Shown in pieces: positions 12,433-25,600 of a stretch of DNA of 64,000 nt. The position numbers and the translations under genes are program-made. The notes under the pieces were generated by a model. The model did not search any database, had not been told where the DNA came from, and worked only from the letters and a program-made list of their open reading frames with translations. The stretch is from Eledone cirrhosa (Eukaryota). Every line of letters starts with the position of its first letter. Positions within the stretch are counted from its first letter, which is position 1. The stretch is taken from contig OZ024742.1 of the NCBI GenBank assembly GCA_964016885.1, forward strand, positions 39,804,001 through 39,868,000. Direction: 5' to 3'.

Positions 12433-12618
12433 GGCGGTGGATTGGCAGTATTGGTAGAGTGTCGGATGCCATGCTTTGGCGCATAGAGTTACGGCCCTTG
12501 CCATTCTGAGTTCAAATCCCGCCGAGGTTAACTTTGCCTTTCATCCTTGCGGGGTCGATAAAATAAAGTACCAGTAATACACTGGGTAATTGCTGGCCTT
12601 GTGCCTAACGTAGAAATA
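12433..12618 (+). mobile_element. Family A SINE
   Basis: ggcggtggattggcag...gttcaaatcccgccgagg...ggccttgtgcc. Confidence 0.85.
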
Positions 12619-12651
12619 ATAATAATAATAATAATTATTATTATTGTTATT

Positions 12652-15553
12652 ACTCTTTGAGTCTCAGTCATTGATGTTAGTTAACTGGAAAGTGTGTTGA
12701 GATGAATATCAAGCCACTACCTGCAGCCTCAGATATTCAGGACGTATCGGAGGGTTCTTGCTGTTCCCAGCAAGCATGCCTTTTGAAGCGTTCCAAAAAG
12801 CGTGAAGGGGCCAATTTTCTTTAACCATCCCTGGAAACTTTTTGAGATAGTCCCTAGTGCGCCTATGACAATCGGGATCACTTTGACCTCATGGCAGTTC
12901 CAAATCCTTTTCACCTCCCACTTTAGGTCCTGGTATCGGTTAATTTTCTCCCTCTCCTTCTCTTGCACTCTCGTGTCGAATGGGCAGGCCACATCCACAA
13001 CCAGGCACGATCTTTTTTCTTTGTCCAAAACCACCAGGTCAGGTCTATTGTGTTCCAGTTTCTTGTCCGTCTGTATCCTAAAATCCCACAGCACCTTCAC
13101 CTGATCGTTTTCTATCACCGACTCTGGCTTATGCTCATACCACTTCTCAGAATGTGGTAAATTGTTTACTTTGCATAGGTGCCAGTGGATCACCCTGCCC
13201 ATCACATCATGTCTCCAGCCCTTATAGTGAGTCTGGGCTAGGTGTTTACAATCGGATACAATGTGAGCCACAGTCTCCTCTCTCTCTCCACAGATCCTGC
13301 ACAGTGGGCTAGCCGCCTCCTTGTAAATGTGATGTTTCAACCACTTCGTTTTGAGGGCCTGCTCCTGCGCAGCCATTAACATTCCTTCTGTAACCTTTTT
13401 AAGGTCTCCTCTTTTCAACCAGTTCCATGTCTGTGGATCTCTAAATTCAGTTTTCTCAAAGAAGGTACTATGAAGGGATTTTTCCTGAAGGCTGCTCTTT
13501 CTCCTTGATGTTATTTCCTCCTTGGATATCCCCTGGCCTATTGTCCCCTCCTTCAGTACAGCTCTGAGCATTGGCTCCTTACTATCAGTCACGTATTTGT
13601 GTAGGTTGTTTGTTTTTTTTTGTTTTTCTCCATCTGAACACAGTCCTCTATGCTGATAAGACCTCTTCCACCCTCAGATCTCCTTAAGTAGAATCTATCG
13701 ACATCACTCCTCTTGTGGAACATATTGTAGATAGTCAATAGCTTCCTAGTCTTCCTATCCATTTCTTTTTGTTCAGCAACATTCCATCTCAGAATTCCCG
13801 CACTGTACCTAATAATAGACACAGCTCGGGAATTTACTGCACTTATGGCATTCCTACTGTTCAGATGTGACTTTAATACGCTCCTTACTCTCCGAATGTA
13901 TTCAGTTCTTATCAATTCCTTCATTTTTTTGTTCTTGATGTCATCAGCCTCCAGAACGCCCAAATACTTGTATCCTTCTTTAGAGTCAATTTCTTTTATC
14001 ATCTCACCTGTTGGTATCTGGATTCCGTTACTTCTGCTCAACTTACCCCTCCTCATCACAATGACTCCACACTTACTAATACCAAATTGCATACATATAT
14101 CATTGCTGAAAATACGGACAGTGTCAACAAGCACATCCAACTCCTTCTCACTCTTCCCGAAGAGCTTAAGATCGTCCATGAAGAGGAGGTGATTGATGGT
14201 AAGCCCTCCCTTTCCCAACCTGTATCCTGCTCTCACTTTTCGCAGTACACTGGTCAGGGGCATCAGGGCAAGGACAAACAACAGAGGGGACAGACTATCT
14301 CCCTGGAAGATACTTCTCTTGATCTTCACGCTTCCCAAGGATTCTGCAGTTGATGTTAACTCTGTTTCCCAGGACTTCATACTTTTGCCCAACAACTGCC
14401 TGATGTTATCTGCCACCTTGAAGATCTCCAGGCTTTTGGTGATCCAAGAATGAGGCACCATGTCAAATGCCTTTTTGTAGTCTATCCATCCCATGGCAAG
14501 ACCAGTGTGTCTCCTCTTGCAATTCCTCATTACCATCTTATCAATAAGTAACTGGTCCTTTGTACCACGTGACTTCTTTCGGCATCCTTTCTGTTCGTCC
14601 GGTAACAAGTTGATTGTGTGGAGGTGATGGTAGATTTCCTCAGACATAATTGTTTCTACTTTAGGCACTAGGCCAGTAATTACCCAGTGCATTACTGGTA
14701 CTTTATTTTATCGACCCCGTAAGGATGAAAGGCAAAGTCAACCTCGGCGGGATTTGAACTCAGATCGTAAAGGGACGTAACTATGCTGGAAAGCATGGCG
14801 TCCGACCCTCTACCGATACTGCCAATCCACCGCCCTCTGATTTCCTCAGACATAATGCTTGTCAACAGCTTCCACATTACGGACAGACATGTGATAGGTC
14901 TATAGTTGGTAACATCATTACCCTTGATTCGGTCTTTCATTATCAGAACTGTGGTACCTTTTGTCAACCAGTCTGGTACCTCACCTGACATCAAGCAGTC
15001 ATTGAACATAGTTGTCAGTTTCGGGTGGAGGGATGTTATGTTTTTAATCCAATACCCCTGCACACCATCTGGGCCAGGTGATTTCCAGTTGGTTAGTTTT
15101 TTGGCCTGCCCCTTAAGAGTTTCAACTGTGATACTCAAATCAGTTTGTTGGTGTGCCTGTTCACTGATCTCCTTCTGTACTGTCTCAATCCACACTGCCT
15201 GGTCATTATGTTTAACATCCTGCTCCCATATTCCTCTCCAGAATGTTTTAGTTTGTTCCGTCTCAGGGATCAAGTCGTTGCCTCTTTCTTTCCCTTCAAG
15301 CTGTCCAAACAGCATCTTCTGGTTGTTGTCGAACATGCGGTTCTGTCTATACTGGCTGACTCTGTTCTCGTATCGCCTGATTTTTGCACTTTTTGCTACA
15401 ATGCGTTGCTTCAGTTCCTCTATGATAATATTTAGCTTTTTCCTCCTAGTTTTGTACTTTATTTCCAGTCTATTTTTAGTGTCTATGTTTTTTAGTGTCC
15501 CATTCAGTAGGGACTCAAGCTTTCCAATGTCATTTCTCATTTCCCTGATTTGA
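12652..15553 (-). mobile_element. 5'-truncated Dong/R4-clade retrotransposon (RT + CCHC + RLE), interrupted by a SINE
   Basis: [34 protein letters not shown]; CRICGEREETVAHIVSDC; HNRPDLVV..DVACP; (TAA)n/(TTA)n on both sides. Confidence 0.92.
14651..14838 (-). mobile_element. Family A SINE nested in the Dong-like RT, 18-bp TSD
   Basis: TSD gatttcctcagacataat at 14633-14650 and 14839-14856 (IMSEEI appears in both ORF halves). Confidence 0.92.
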
Positions 15554-15689
15554 CCTATTATTATTATTATTATTATTATTATTGTTACTATTATTATTAC
15601 TTTTTTTTTTCCCCCAATTCAATGATGTTCCAGAACAATATAAAAGAGATAATTGGCAATTTAGGTTCTGGAACAAAAAAGATAATTGG

Positions 15690-18600
15690 CAATATAGGGC
15701 AGGGGGCCCCAGGTTATCACACCCTGGGCCCGCTCGTCATCGTGCCATTGTAATAGAGTCAAACAAGGCATTTAGTCTTGGCTGCTGGAATGTACGGACG
15801 CTGCTTCACAGGGATTCCTTGGAGCGTCCTGAACGAAGGACTGCTCTTGTTGCAAAGGAGCTTCGACGTTACGATCTTGACATCGTGGCTTTATCTGAGA
15901 CGCGGTTGTGGAGAATATACATTCTTCTGGAAAGGATGAGATGAAGGAACCAGAAGAGAGGCTGGGGTAGGATTTGCTGTTAAGACTGTTTTTGTGAATA
16001 AATTAGAAGAATACCCAGTAGGGATTAGTGAGCGTCTTATGAGAATTCCGCTGGACAAAGGAAGATATGCGACCCTGGTGAGTGTGTATGCTCCAACTAT
16101 GAATTCTGTCGATGAAGAAAAAGTGTCCTTTTACCATGCATTGAAAGGTGTTTTAAGAAATATCCCTCAGGCAGACAAAGTCATCGTGCTTGGTGATTTT
16201 AATGCTAGAGTGGGTAGGGACTTTAACACATGGAATGTAATCGGAACGCATGGGGTGGGAAAGTGTAACAACATTGGTATGCTTCTGCTGCAGATGTGTG
16301 AGGAGCTGGATCTGTGTGTTACCAACACCATGTTCCAACAAAAGAACAAATTCAAGACCACATGGATGCATCCTGCATCTAAGGAATGGCATCTTTTGGA
16401 CTACGTCCTAGTCAGGATGCGTGACAGACAGGATGTGCAGTGTGTTCGCGCTCTTCGTGGAGCTGAGTGCTGGACGGACCACCGCCTGGTACGCGCAAAA
16501 GTAAAACTAATCACTAAACGTAAAATCCGGGCTCCTGGTGTTGCCCTGCCCAAAAGGTTGAATGCTGCTCGTCTTAAGGATACAAATGTGAAGAGGACAT
16601 TGGGAGAAGAGATGCAGGCTTCAGATCTTGGTGAGGATTGGCTGACCCTTAAAAAGTCGGTTTATGATGTAGGCAGGCGTGTTCTGGGATTGGTGTAGAG
16701 AAAACATCAGGACTGGCTTAATGAGAATGATGTACATATAGAAGACTTGTTGGCTGATAAGAGGCGTGCCCTGTCACGCTACTTGACGGCAAAACCACAG
16801 GAGAAGAATATGTTGCATAAGGAAGTCAAGGATGTGAAATCACGTGTTAGGCAGAGTCTTTCTCAGATGAAGGATCAGTGGCGGAGTGAGAAGGCTGATG
16901 AGATACAAACTTCGTCAGATTCGAATAACACAAAGCTGTTGTACAGTCTCTTGCGTGAGGTTTATGGACCGTCTTCTTCTCTGGTGACACCGCTTCGCAG
17001 CAAGGATGGCAAAGAACTTCTTTGTGACTCACAAGGAATTCTACGAAGGTGGCGAGAGCATTTTGATGATCTTTTGAACCAGCCGTCTGTCATCAGTGAA
17101 GATTTCCTCAATCTTATTCCAGAAAGTCCTGTGAAAGTAGCTCTCGCAGAACCTCCGACACTTGTGGAGGTTGCAGTGGTTATCTCGAAGCTGAACAGTG
17201 GAAGGCTCCAGGTATGGATGGCATACATGCTGAGCTCCTACAATATGTTGGTGAGAGACTCCTGCAACATCTTCACTCTTTGTTTGGCAGGATATGGGCA
17301 AATGAATCCGTACCTGAGGACTGGAGAGATGCAGTAATGGTGGTCTTGTACAAGGGAAAAGGTAACAGGAATGATTGTGGGAACTACAGAGGTATATCAT
17401 TGCTTTCTGTCGTCGGGAATGTTTTATGTAGGGTGCTTCTGGACCGTCTGCTGACACACATTGCAGATTGTGTTCTTCCTGAAAGTCAATCTGGTTTTCG
17501 TGCTGGACGCGGCACTACTGATATGATCTTCTCAGCTAGACAGCTCCAAGAGAAATGCATGGAACAAGGTTTGGATCTGTATCAGGTTTTTGTCGATCTG
17601 ACAAAAGCTTTCGATACTGTTAACAGAAATGCATTATGGAAGGTTCTCCAGAAACTTGGTTGCCCTGATAAGTTCCTTGATTTAGTTAGGTCTTTCCATG
17701 ACGACATGAAGGCTTGAGTTAATGTCAGAAGTAACATGTCGGAGCCTATCTCAGTAAAAAATGGAGTGAAACGGGGATATTCCAGCACCGACCCTGTTTG
17801 CCATATACTTTGCAATGGTTTTCTGTATTGCATTCAGGAATTGCGAGCATGGTGTTTACATCCGATATCGAACCTCTGCGAAGACAAAAGTATTTACATC
17901 AATCATAAGAGACCTCTTGTATGCAGATGATTGCGATCTTATAGCGCACACAGAGAGTGATATGCAGCACATTTTGAATGCATTTTCTGACGCTTGCACT
18001 GCCCTAGGATTGACTGTTAGTCTCAAGAAAACCGTCGTCATGTACCAACCTGCCCCTGGTAAGCAGTACACTGAACCAAATATCTATGTGTATGGTAAAC
18101 GACTTGGAGTGGTTGATCAATTTCTCTACCTAGGAAGCACTGTCAATCGATACAGCAACCTTGACAGTGAAATCTCACTTAGGATTAGGAAAGCAAGTGA
18201 TGCTTGCGGAAAGCTAGAAAGGCGACTCTGGGGTCGGCGAGACATATGCAAGAAGACAAAGGTAAAGGTGTACAAGGCATGTGTGCTCTCTTCTCTTCTT
18301 TATGCCTGCGAGACCTGAGTCACATATCGACACCACCTTAAGCAATTGGAGCGTTTCCATCAGATGTGTCACAGACGGATCCATGGCGTTCACTGGAGGG
18401 ACCACATCAGTGATATCGAGATTTTGGAAAGCTCTGTGTGACAGTATAGAAGCTCTTGTGCTTAAGTAACGACTCCGTTGGAGTGGTCACCTTGCCAGGA
18501 TGAAGGATTCTAGAATACCAAAACAACTCTTTTATGGAGAGTTAGTTAAAGGAAAACGACCGCCACATAAACCAAAAAAGAGGTATAAGGATTCCTTGAA

Positions 18601-19207
18601 AGCCTCTTTGAAAGACGCTAACATCTCTGCTGATACATGGGAAAATATTGCTGCTGATCGTAATAAATGGAGAAAGACTGTATATGAGGGAAAAGTTGCA
18701 TTTGAGGCATCTCGAAACGCATACGAGAAAGTAAAGCGGGATGTGAGGAAGGGCATTGCTGTTGCACTTCCAGACGGAGAGGGTCCTCCTATAGTGCTGA
18801 CATGCAGCGTCTGTGCGAGACTCTGCCTAAGCAAAGCTGGACTCGAAAGTCATCTTCGCAGTCATAAAGCAAGACCAGTGGTTGACTACCAGGCTGCTGT
18901 TGGAGATGCTACTCATCATGCTTGCCAAGCATGTGGTAGAGAATGTAAATCAGCAGGAGGGCTCAAGCGACATGCAAAAGTACATGAACTCCAGCCACAG
19001 CCGGCTATTCCCAGTGAATGTTTTGGTTGCCGACTCTGTGCAAGACATTTTAGATCATTGGCTGGGCTAAAAAGCCACATTCGATCGCAGCGCTGTTAGT
19101 TGCTATCGTGTGTATGTGTAGGTGTGTTTGTGTGTGTGCGTGTGTGTGTGTGTATATATATATGTATATGTATATCATTATTGTTGTTGTTGTCGTTATT
19201 ATTATTG

Positions 19208-19254
<47 letters not shown>

Positions 19255-19322
19255 GTTAATATATATATATATTTTTTTTTCGTGCAATGGTCATACTCGA
19301 TAACGAGGGGGCAGCCATCATG
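15690..19322 (+). mobile_element. RTE (BovB-like) retrotransposon, degraded single ORF (APE-RT) with three C-terminal C2H2 fingers
   Basis: WNVRTL, ALSETRL, GDFNAR, TDHRLV (APE); NYRGISLL, DLTKAFD, YADD; RIPKQLFYGEL; stop at 19099; RTE-type end ggtcatactcgataacgagggggcagccatc at about 19289-19319. Confidence 0.9.
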
Positions 19323-19699
19323 TATGTATACATGTATGTATGTTCTTCTGATTTTATAATTTCACAAATGTTTGCCAATAGAGAGAGAGTCGGTTTCTAA
19401 CATAGGCAAAAGACTCTCTAATTGGAATTTACAAAGCATCAACTAGCTAGATATGTATGCATGTCTGCATGCATGTGTGTGTAGGTATGGATGTTATTGT
19501 ATGTGTGGGTGTGTATGTTTTGAGTTATATGTGTGCATGTGCATATACTTTTTATCTGTACATGTGTATATGCAGTTATTAGATGCATCATTTTTGGAAT
19601 GTTTTACATATTTTTACTGTTCCATTAATGGATTGTACTTGTAATTTCCTAACTATGTATGTATGTATGTATGTATGTATGTATGTATGTATGTATGTA

Positions 19700-19850
19700 T
19701 GTGTAACTAGTTGAGTTCTTTCTGTTTATGTGAATCCCAGCTTCTCAAGATTTGTATTGAGGCAATTACTAACATACCCCAGTGCCCCAATAATCACAGG
19801 CATAAGCCTGAAGGTATAATCAGGGTGGAGTATCTGCAGATTTCTCATTA
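19700..19850 (-). mobile_element. R4/Dong-like RLE fragment
   Basis: LMRNLQILHPDYTFRLMPVIIGALGYV, similar to the 5543-6031 protein; (TATG)n on both sides. Confidence 0.7.
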
Positions 19851-20059
19851 GTATGTATGTATGTATGTATGTATGTATGTATGTATGTATGTATGTATGT
19901 ATGTACTGTAAACCCGTAACTCTTACTGGAACTGTAAGGACGCCATTGTGACATACGGTGTAGTTTGGGCATTTTAAACCTAGCAGAGCCAATCCCTCTC
20001 CCGGTTAGAGCACAGTTGATTTCTTCCAGAGACGGAGAAAGAGGAAGTGAGAAAGAGAT

Positions 20060-20781
20060 AGAAAAAGAATCGACCCCTGTACTGGACTAGTAATTTGTTT
20101 TATTTACTTCGGGAGGATGTAAGGCAAAGTTGATCTCTACGGGATTTGAACTCAGAGAGCAGAGAGCCGCAACAAATACCACGATGTATCCTATTCAACA
20201 TTCTAATAACTCTGCTAATTCACCGCCATTTTAGTGGGTTAGGGAATGCAATCCTTGCCTTCTACTACGCCCCTGCGTCTGTTAAAATGCCTAATGACCA
20301 TGGAGTTGCTTACGCTATTAACTATGTTTTTCTTTTTTTGTGTGTGTTATATATGAAATGAATCTTGAAATTTTATATTATGTAAATAAATCTAATTTAC
20401 TTTTTGGGGGTGGGCGGGGTTGGGTAATTAAATTATATATTTTCTTTAGCATTTAACATTATTTCATCACGTATATAATGGGTGTACATTAAGTTTTTAT
20501 TATGGCGGATGTTCAGAATGCTCTCATTTTTAAAACTACACAAACATCTTAAATGATTTTTTTAAACATTGTTAATATAATTATGGTAATGATGGTGGTG
20601 AGAGGCGTTAAAGATTCCGATAAAAAGAGTATCTGTTCCAACTCTTTACTTTCTCAGTTGAAATTCCGTCGAGGGTCAACATTGAATTTCGTCATTGCGA
20701 GGTCGTTAACATAAAGTACCAGCCAAACCCTGGGATCGGTGTACAGAATTTAAATACCCAACCCCAGAGCGTAAATTAGAA

Positions 20782-20816
<35 letters not shown>

Positions 20817-21094
20817 GTCGGTGGATTGGCAGACCACTTAGTGGGTCAATGTTTCGTAACAGCCTCTGCTTTAAATCCCGCTTAGATCACCCTTACCTTC
20901 CATCCTTCCGGAGTTGATATAATAACATACAAGTAAATATAATTGTTTCTACATTTGGTACAAGGCCAGCAATTACCCAGTGCATTACTGGTACTTTATT
21001 TTATCGACCCCGTAAGGATGAAAGGCAAAATTAACCTCGGCGGGATTTGAACTCAGAATGGCAAGGACCGTAACTCTATGCGTCAAAGCATGGC
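20060..21094. mobile_element. Cluster of family A SINE remnants (about 20060-20228 -, 20600-20780 +, 20815-20935 +, 20943-21094 -)
   Basis: Core and B-box motifs; the last copy is flanked by gtaaatataat. Confidence 0.65.
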
Positions 21095-21736
21095 GTAAAT
21101 ATAATGAAATTTTCCTTGCCTCCAAATTGCTGGACTTGTGCCTATATTAGAAAGAATTATTATTTCGTTTATATATATGAAGTGGTTTCACTTTTTACGC
21201 AACCTTACTCTGTTGTGTGCGTGTAAGTGTACGTGTGTGTGTGTGTGATATTTCTGAAATCATCCAATTCTGATGTCTTTGCTTACGTCAAATCCAACCG
21301 CGGAGCCGATTACGACATTTTCCCTCGTTCTATAGTAGACACATTATGGCTGAATTGTTAAAGATGTGAAAAAAGTCAGTTCATAAAGTTTCAGGCTCCT
21401 TTCGGAAAGAAAATATATACATTATTAATCTATATATATATTAATCAAATTACTATATATGTATATATATATCTCTTTTCGTACCAGCCCGGCAAAAACC
21501 GTCTCTGGTTCTATGGAATAAAACTACACAGTTTAAAGAGTTTCTATTTAAAAATTCCAACATATTTTTATGAGTCATATGTTAAGTTACTATCTTAGTT
21601 ACGAAATAATGAATAATTTAGTTAATCCTTGGAAATTCTTCATTAATTAATTGAAATAATGTGTATTTTATTTAGATATCAGATCACCAAAGTAATATAT
21701 ATATGTGTGTGTGTAATATACGTGTGTGTGTGTGCG

Positions 21737-22205
21737 TTATGTGTAATTCTCTCGATATCTTTTAGAGAGTGAGCCACTAGAGCTGAGTCATCAGCAAAGA
21801 GAAGCTCACGGATATACATATCACGGCCCGTCATAGAGGATCTTAGCATAGTTAGGTTTAGGAATTGACCATCTAGCTTTCGGTTTCTCAATCAGCGTAA
21901 GAAAGACTAAGACTTGTTCCAGCCGGAAACTGGCGTGCCAGAACATGAACCCCTGAAACATCCGGATAGCGATTCAACCTTTAGTAGCTAACCTATTTAG
22001 GTACTACAATTTTTGATGGCAACAGTCTAAATGCGGGGGAAGTCTATTGCAGTTTACTGCAGTCGCTTGCGAAAAGCTCAATGACCGTTCTTTAAAACAG
22101 TGTGGTATAAAACTATCAACAAAATGCCAAGAGTACCGAGTAATATGATATATTGTCTGCTCTACTCTGCTGAGACCTACACATTCTATTACCGATACAT
22201 TAAAG
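21737..22205. mobile_element. Degraded RTE fragment with inverted 5' segment
   Basis: Minus 21737-21880: LDGQFLNL...RELLFADDSALVAHS; plus from about 21879: FGFSISVRKT, the sequence that normally follows. Confidence 0.65.
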
Positions 22206-22235
22206 TTTATGTTTACAAGTGATGGTTTAGAATAT

Positions 22236-22380
<145 letters not shown>

Positions 22381-22508
22381 CCAGAGTTCAATTGGCGTAA
22401 CCACAGTAAGTAAAGTACTCAATACATAGCAGAGTGTAAATGTTAAATATACATATGGCTTTCCTGATGATTTCGTTCGAATGAAACAGTCCTAGTCCTG
22501 TAGAAACC

Positions 22509-22649
<141 letters not shown>

Positions 22650-22680
22650 GAAAGAAAGTGAATGATAGATAGATAGATAT

Positions 22681-25600
22681 GTTTCTTTATTAGCCACAGG
22701 GGCACAAAAGAAGGGGACAAATACAAAGGGGGAAGTTTACATACAATAAAAACGTGTAAAATGTTATCACAAATGCAATTTAAAAAATTAGTTGATTTTC
22801 CCCATTAGGGGGAGACAGTTCATATGGGTAACACATACCCCCGAAAAAATGTGCAACCCTCATCTCCAGGAGTACGAAGAGTTTGTACTCCTTTCCTCTC
22901 CTCCTCCTTTTCCTCAACCTACAGGCTGATATAGAGAGAAGGCCCATTCATTCGGGCCATTCTCGCCACTTTCACCCACCTTTCAAAAAACTTGCTGGGG
23001 TACAGCACCTCTCTCTCCATTCTGATTCTTATTCCAAAGTGGTATTTGAAAAAAAGAATCAGTTGTTGGCCGGAGAGAAAGGTGTCTGACCTCAGCCCTT
23101 TCAACCTTGTCCACCATACAACCTCTTTCGCCATAGCTATAACACAAAGGAAAACCGCCTCTCCTTCGTTTTTGAAGGAGCGTGGCGGTTTGATCATGAC
23201 AATGGACTCGGTGGTCAACCGGATTGGTCCCACCCGCGACAATAGTCGTTCTACATAGCCCCACAGGTCAGTGACGCCCGGGCAGTGTATGAATGCGTGC
23301 GCGACGGTTTCTTCGTTACGCACGCACCTCGGACAGATCTTTTTTGCAGGGTCCCTTTTCGGGCGTCCATGCCTGTAGAGCTTGTCTCGAACTGGTAGAG
23401 CTCCTCGGTAGCACTGCCAGGCCAGGGACTTTTGGAAGTTGTCCATCGGTCCCGGGCGGAAGCTCCTACAGAACAGACTGGCCAGTTCATCTTCCTCTAC
23501 GCCTAGAGTTTCACCGAGCGCGTCGTCGCACTTGCTGCGGATCAACCCACTATAGAATGACGAAGTGGAGTCTCCACTGATCGCCGGGTTCACCTGCCAG
23601 AGGGCTGTGAGCGCCTGAGCACATTCGATGTGCCAGTCGCCCATTTTCCTCGGTCTTTGCTTGACCCAGGACTGCAGCTCGGTCAGCGAAACGAGTCGTG
23701 GGAAGGCTCGCCTCACGAACGGGTCCTACACCGGTTGTCCGGTGAGGAATACGTAGAGATGCCGCAGCCTGAGCGCGTGTTTGCGCATCGTCAACCACGG
23801 CATCCCCAGCCCTCCGTTAGAACGGTGTTGGCAGCAGATGGATCTTCTCACCAAAGGAGCCCGCCTCTTCCAAAGGAATTGGAAGAGCGCGCGCTCCATT
23901 TTGGCGAGCATCTGGACAAGGCACAACGGTCAAGCGGTAGTAGATGGCGGACGCTATAAAAGTGTTCGCCACCTCCGCTCGACCTTTCAAGGATAGTTTG
24001 CACTCAGCCCACTTCTGAGTGAGTGCAAACAGCTTGGCCGTCACTTCGTTCCAGTTCTTCTCCACCTGGAGGTCCGGACCAAACCAGACCCCGAGCAGCT
24101 TTACCGGTCCTTCCGTCCAGCGTCCGACGACGCCATCGGAAGGCATCGGTTTGCCTCTCCACGATCCGAGCTGCAAACCGATAGACTTGTCCCGGTTCAG
24201 CTTCGCTCCAGTGAAACTTTCGTATTCCTTCAATAAATGCCGACTTCCTCGATTTGCGAGGCGCTCGACACCATTACTGTCACCTCGTCGCTTTCCGCAG
24301 TCCCGGTTCCAGAGGGATGCCCTGCAATAGCTCCAACTTCCGCAGTAGTGGCTCGAGAGTCAGTACGTACACAAGGGAGGAGAGAGAGCATCCTTGTCGA
24401 ATGGATCGCGTAATATCGAACGGCTCCGAGAGGTAGCCGTTCACCTTGACCCTAGAGAAGATGTTGCTGTTGTGCATTGCAGCAATCCAGCCCCTGAACA
24501 CAGGTCTGAAGCCTGCTGCCTCGAGCACCGCATCCAGGTAACGATGGTCAACCCTATCGAAAGCCTTAGACTGATCCAAGTTGATCAGGGCCCCACCTAA
24601 GCCGGGTTTACATCCTACCCTCTCTATGATGTATCGCATGAGGTGGAGGTTGTCGTGTATGGACCTGGTCGGGATTGCGCATGTCTGCGCTTCTCCCACC
24701 AGGTTCTCGACGACAAGCGAGATATGCACCGAAATCCATAGCCCCTCCCGGCGCGCCGCCCCGCCCGAACGGTTGAGCAAAGTGCCGCTGAAAGGCCGCA
24801 CACATTTGCTTCGGCTCACGTATCACGCGTCCGTTTTGGTCCTTCAAAGACCGAATCGTGGACTTGTTGCCACTTTTTGCCTCCGTCGCTCATCTTTGGC
24901 TCCCTCGTTTCCCAGAGCACGTATTTTGCTTCTGACAACGCAGCCCTCGTGCTTTGCGTCGAAGAACTGGTCCAAGGCCGTTCTCGTTGCTAGCACGCTG
25001 GCTACGTTGCCACTTCTAATTGCCTCTTCTACTTTATCTACCAGTTCCTTCTCGGTTCTATTTCTATCTAACGCTAATTCTTTACTAAAAACTAACGAGT
25101 CTAATCTAACTGCCCTCTTGAGAGAGTACCACCATCTGTTGTTGACAATGGCCTCTGTCAAGTGCTGTTTAACTAAAGTGCTAATCCGTCTACTGTAGGC
25201 TTTGCTTCTCGGTAACGACAAGTTCAGCTTCCAGTAGCCGGGTCCTTGTCTATGGGTTCTATCAAGGTTGGCCATGCAGGTTACTAGTTTGTGATCTGAA
25301 TATGCAACAATGAACATTTGTGGACAGCTTAACATGTCCCTATCCTTATTTCTAACTAGAACCCTATCTAGGTACGATCTAGATGTTTCGCTACGATTAG
25401 TCCACGTCCACAGTGGCACATTCGGAAAATCTAGTCGATATCTATCGGCCAGGTCAAATCGGTCGATTAACTGTTTGAGGCTGTTACACCCCCCCCCCCT
25501 TTATCGGGACATGCTCCCACATAGTCCCAACGTGCATCTAGGATTCCATTCCAGTCTCCCACTAAAAGCAAGGAGCGGGACGTTCCCAGAAAAGTCTCTA

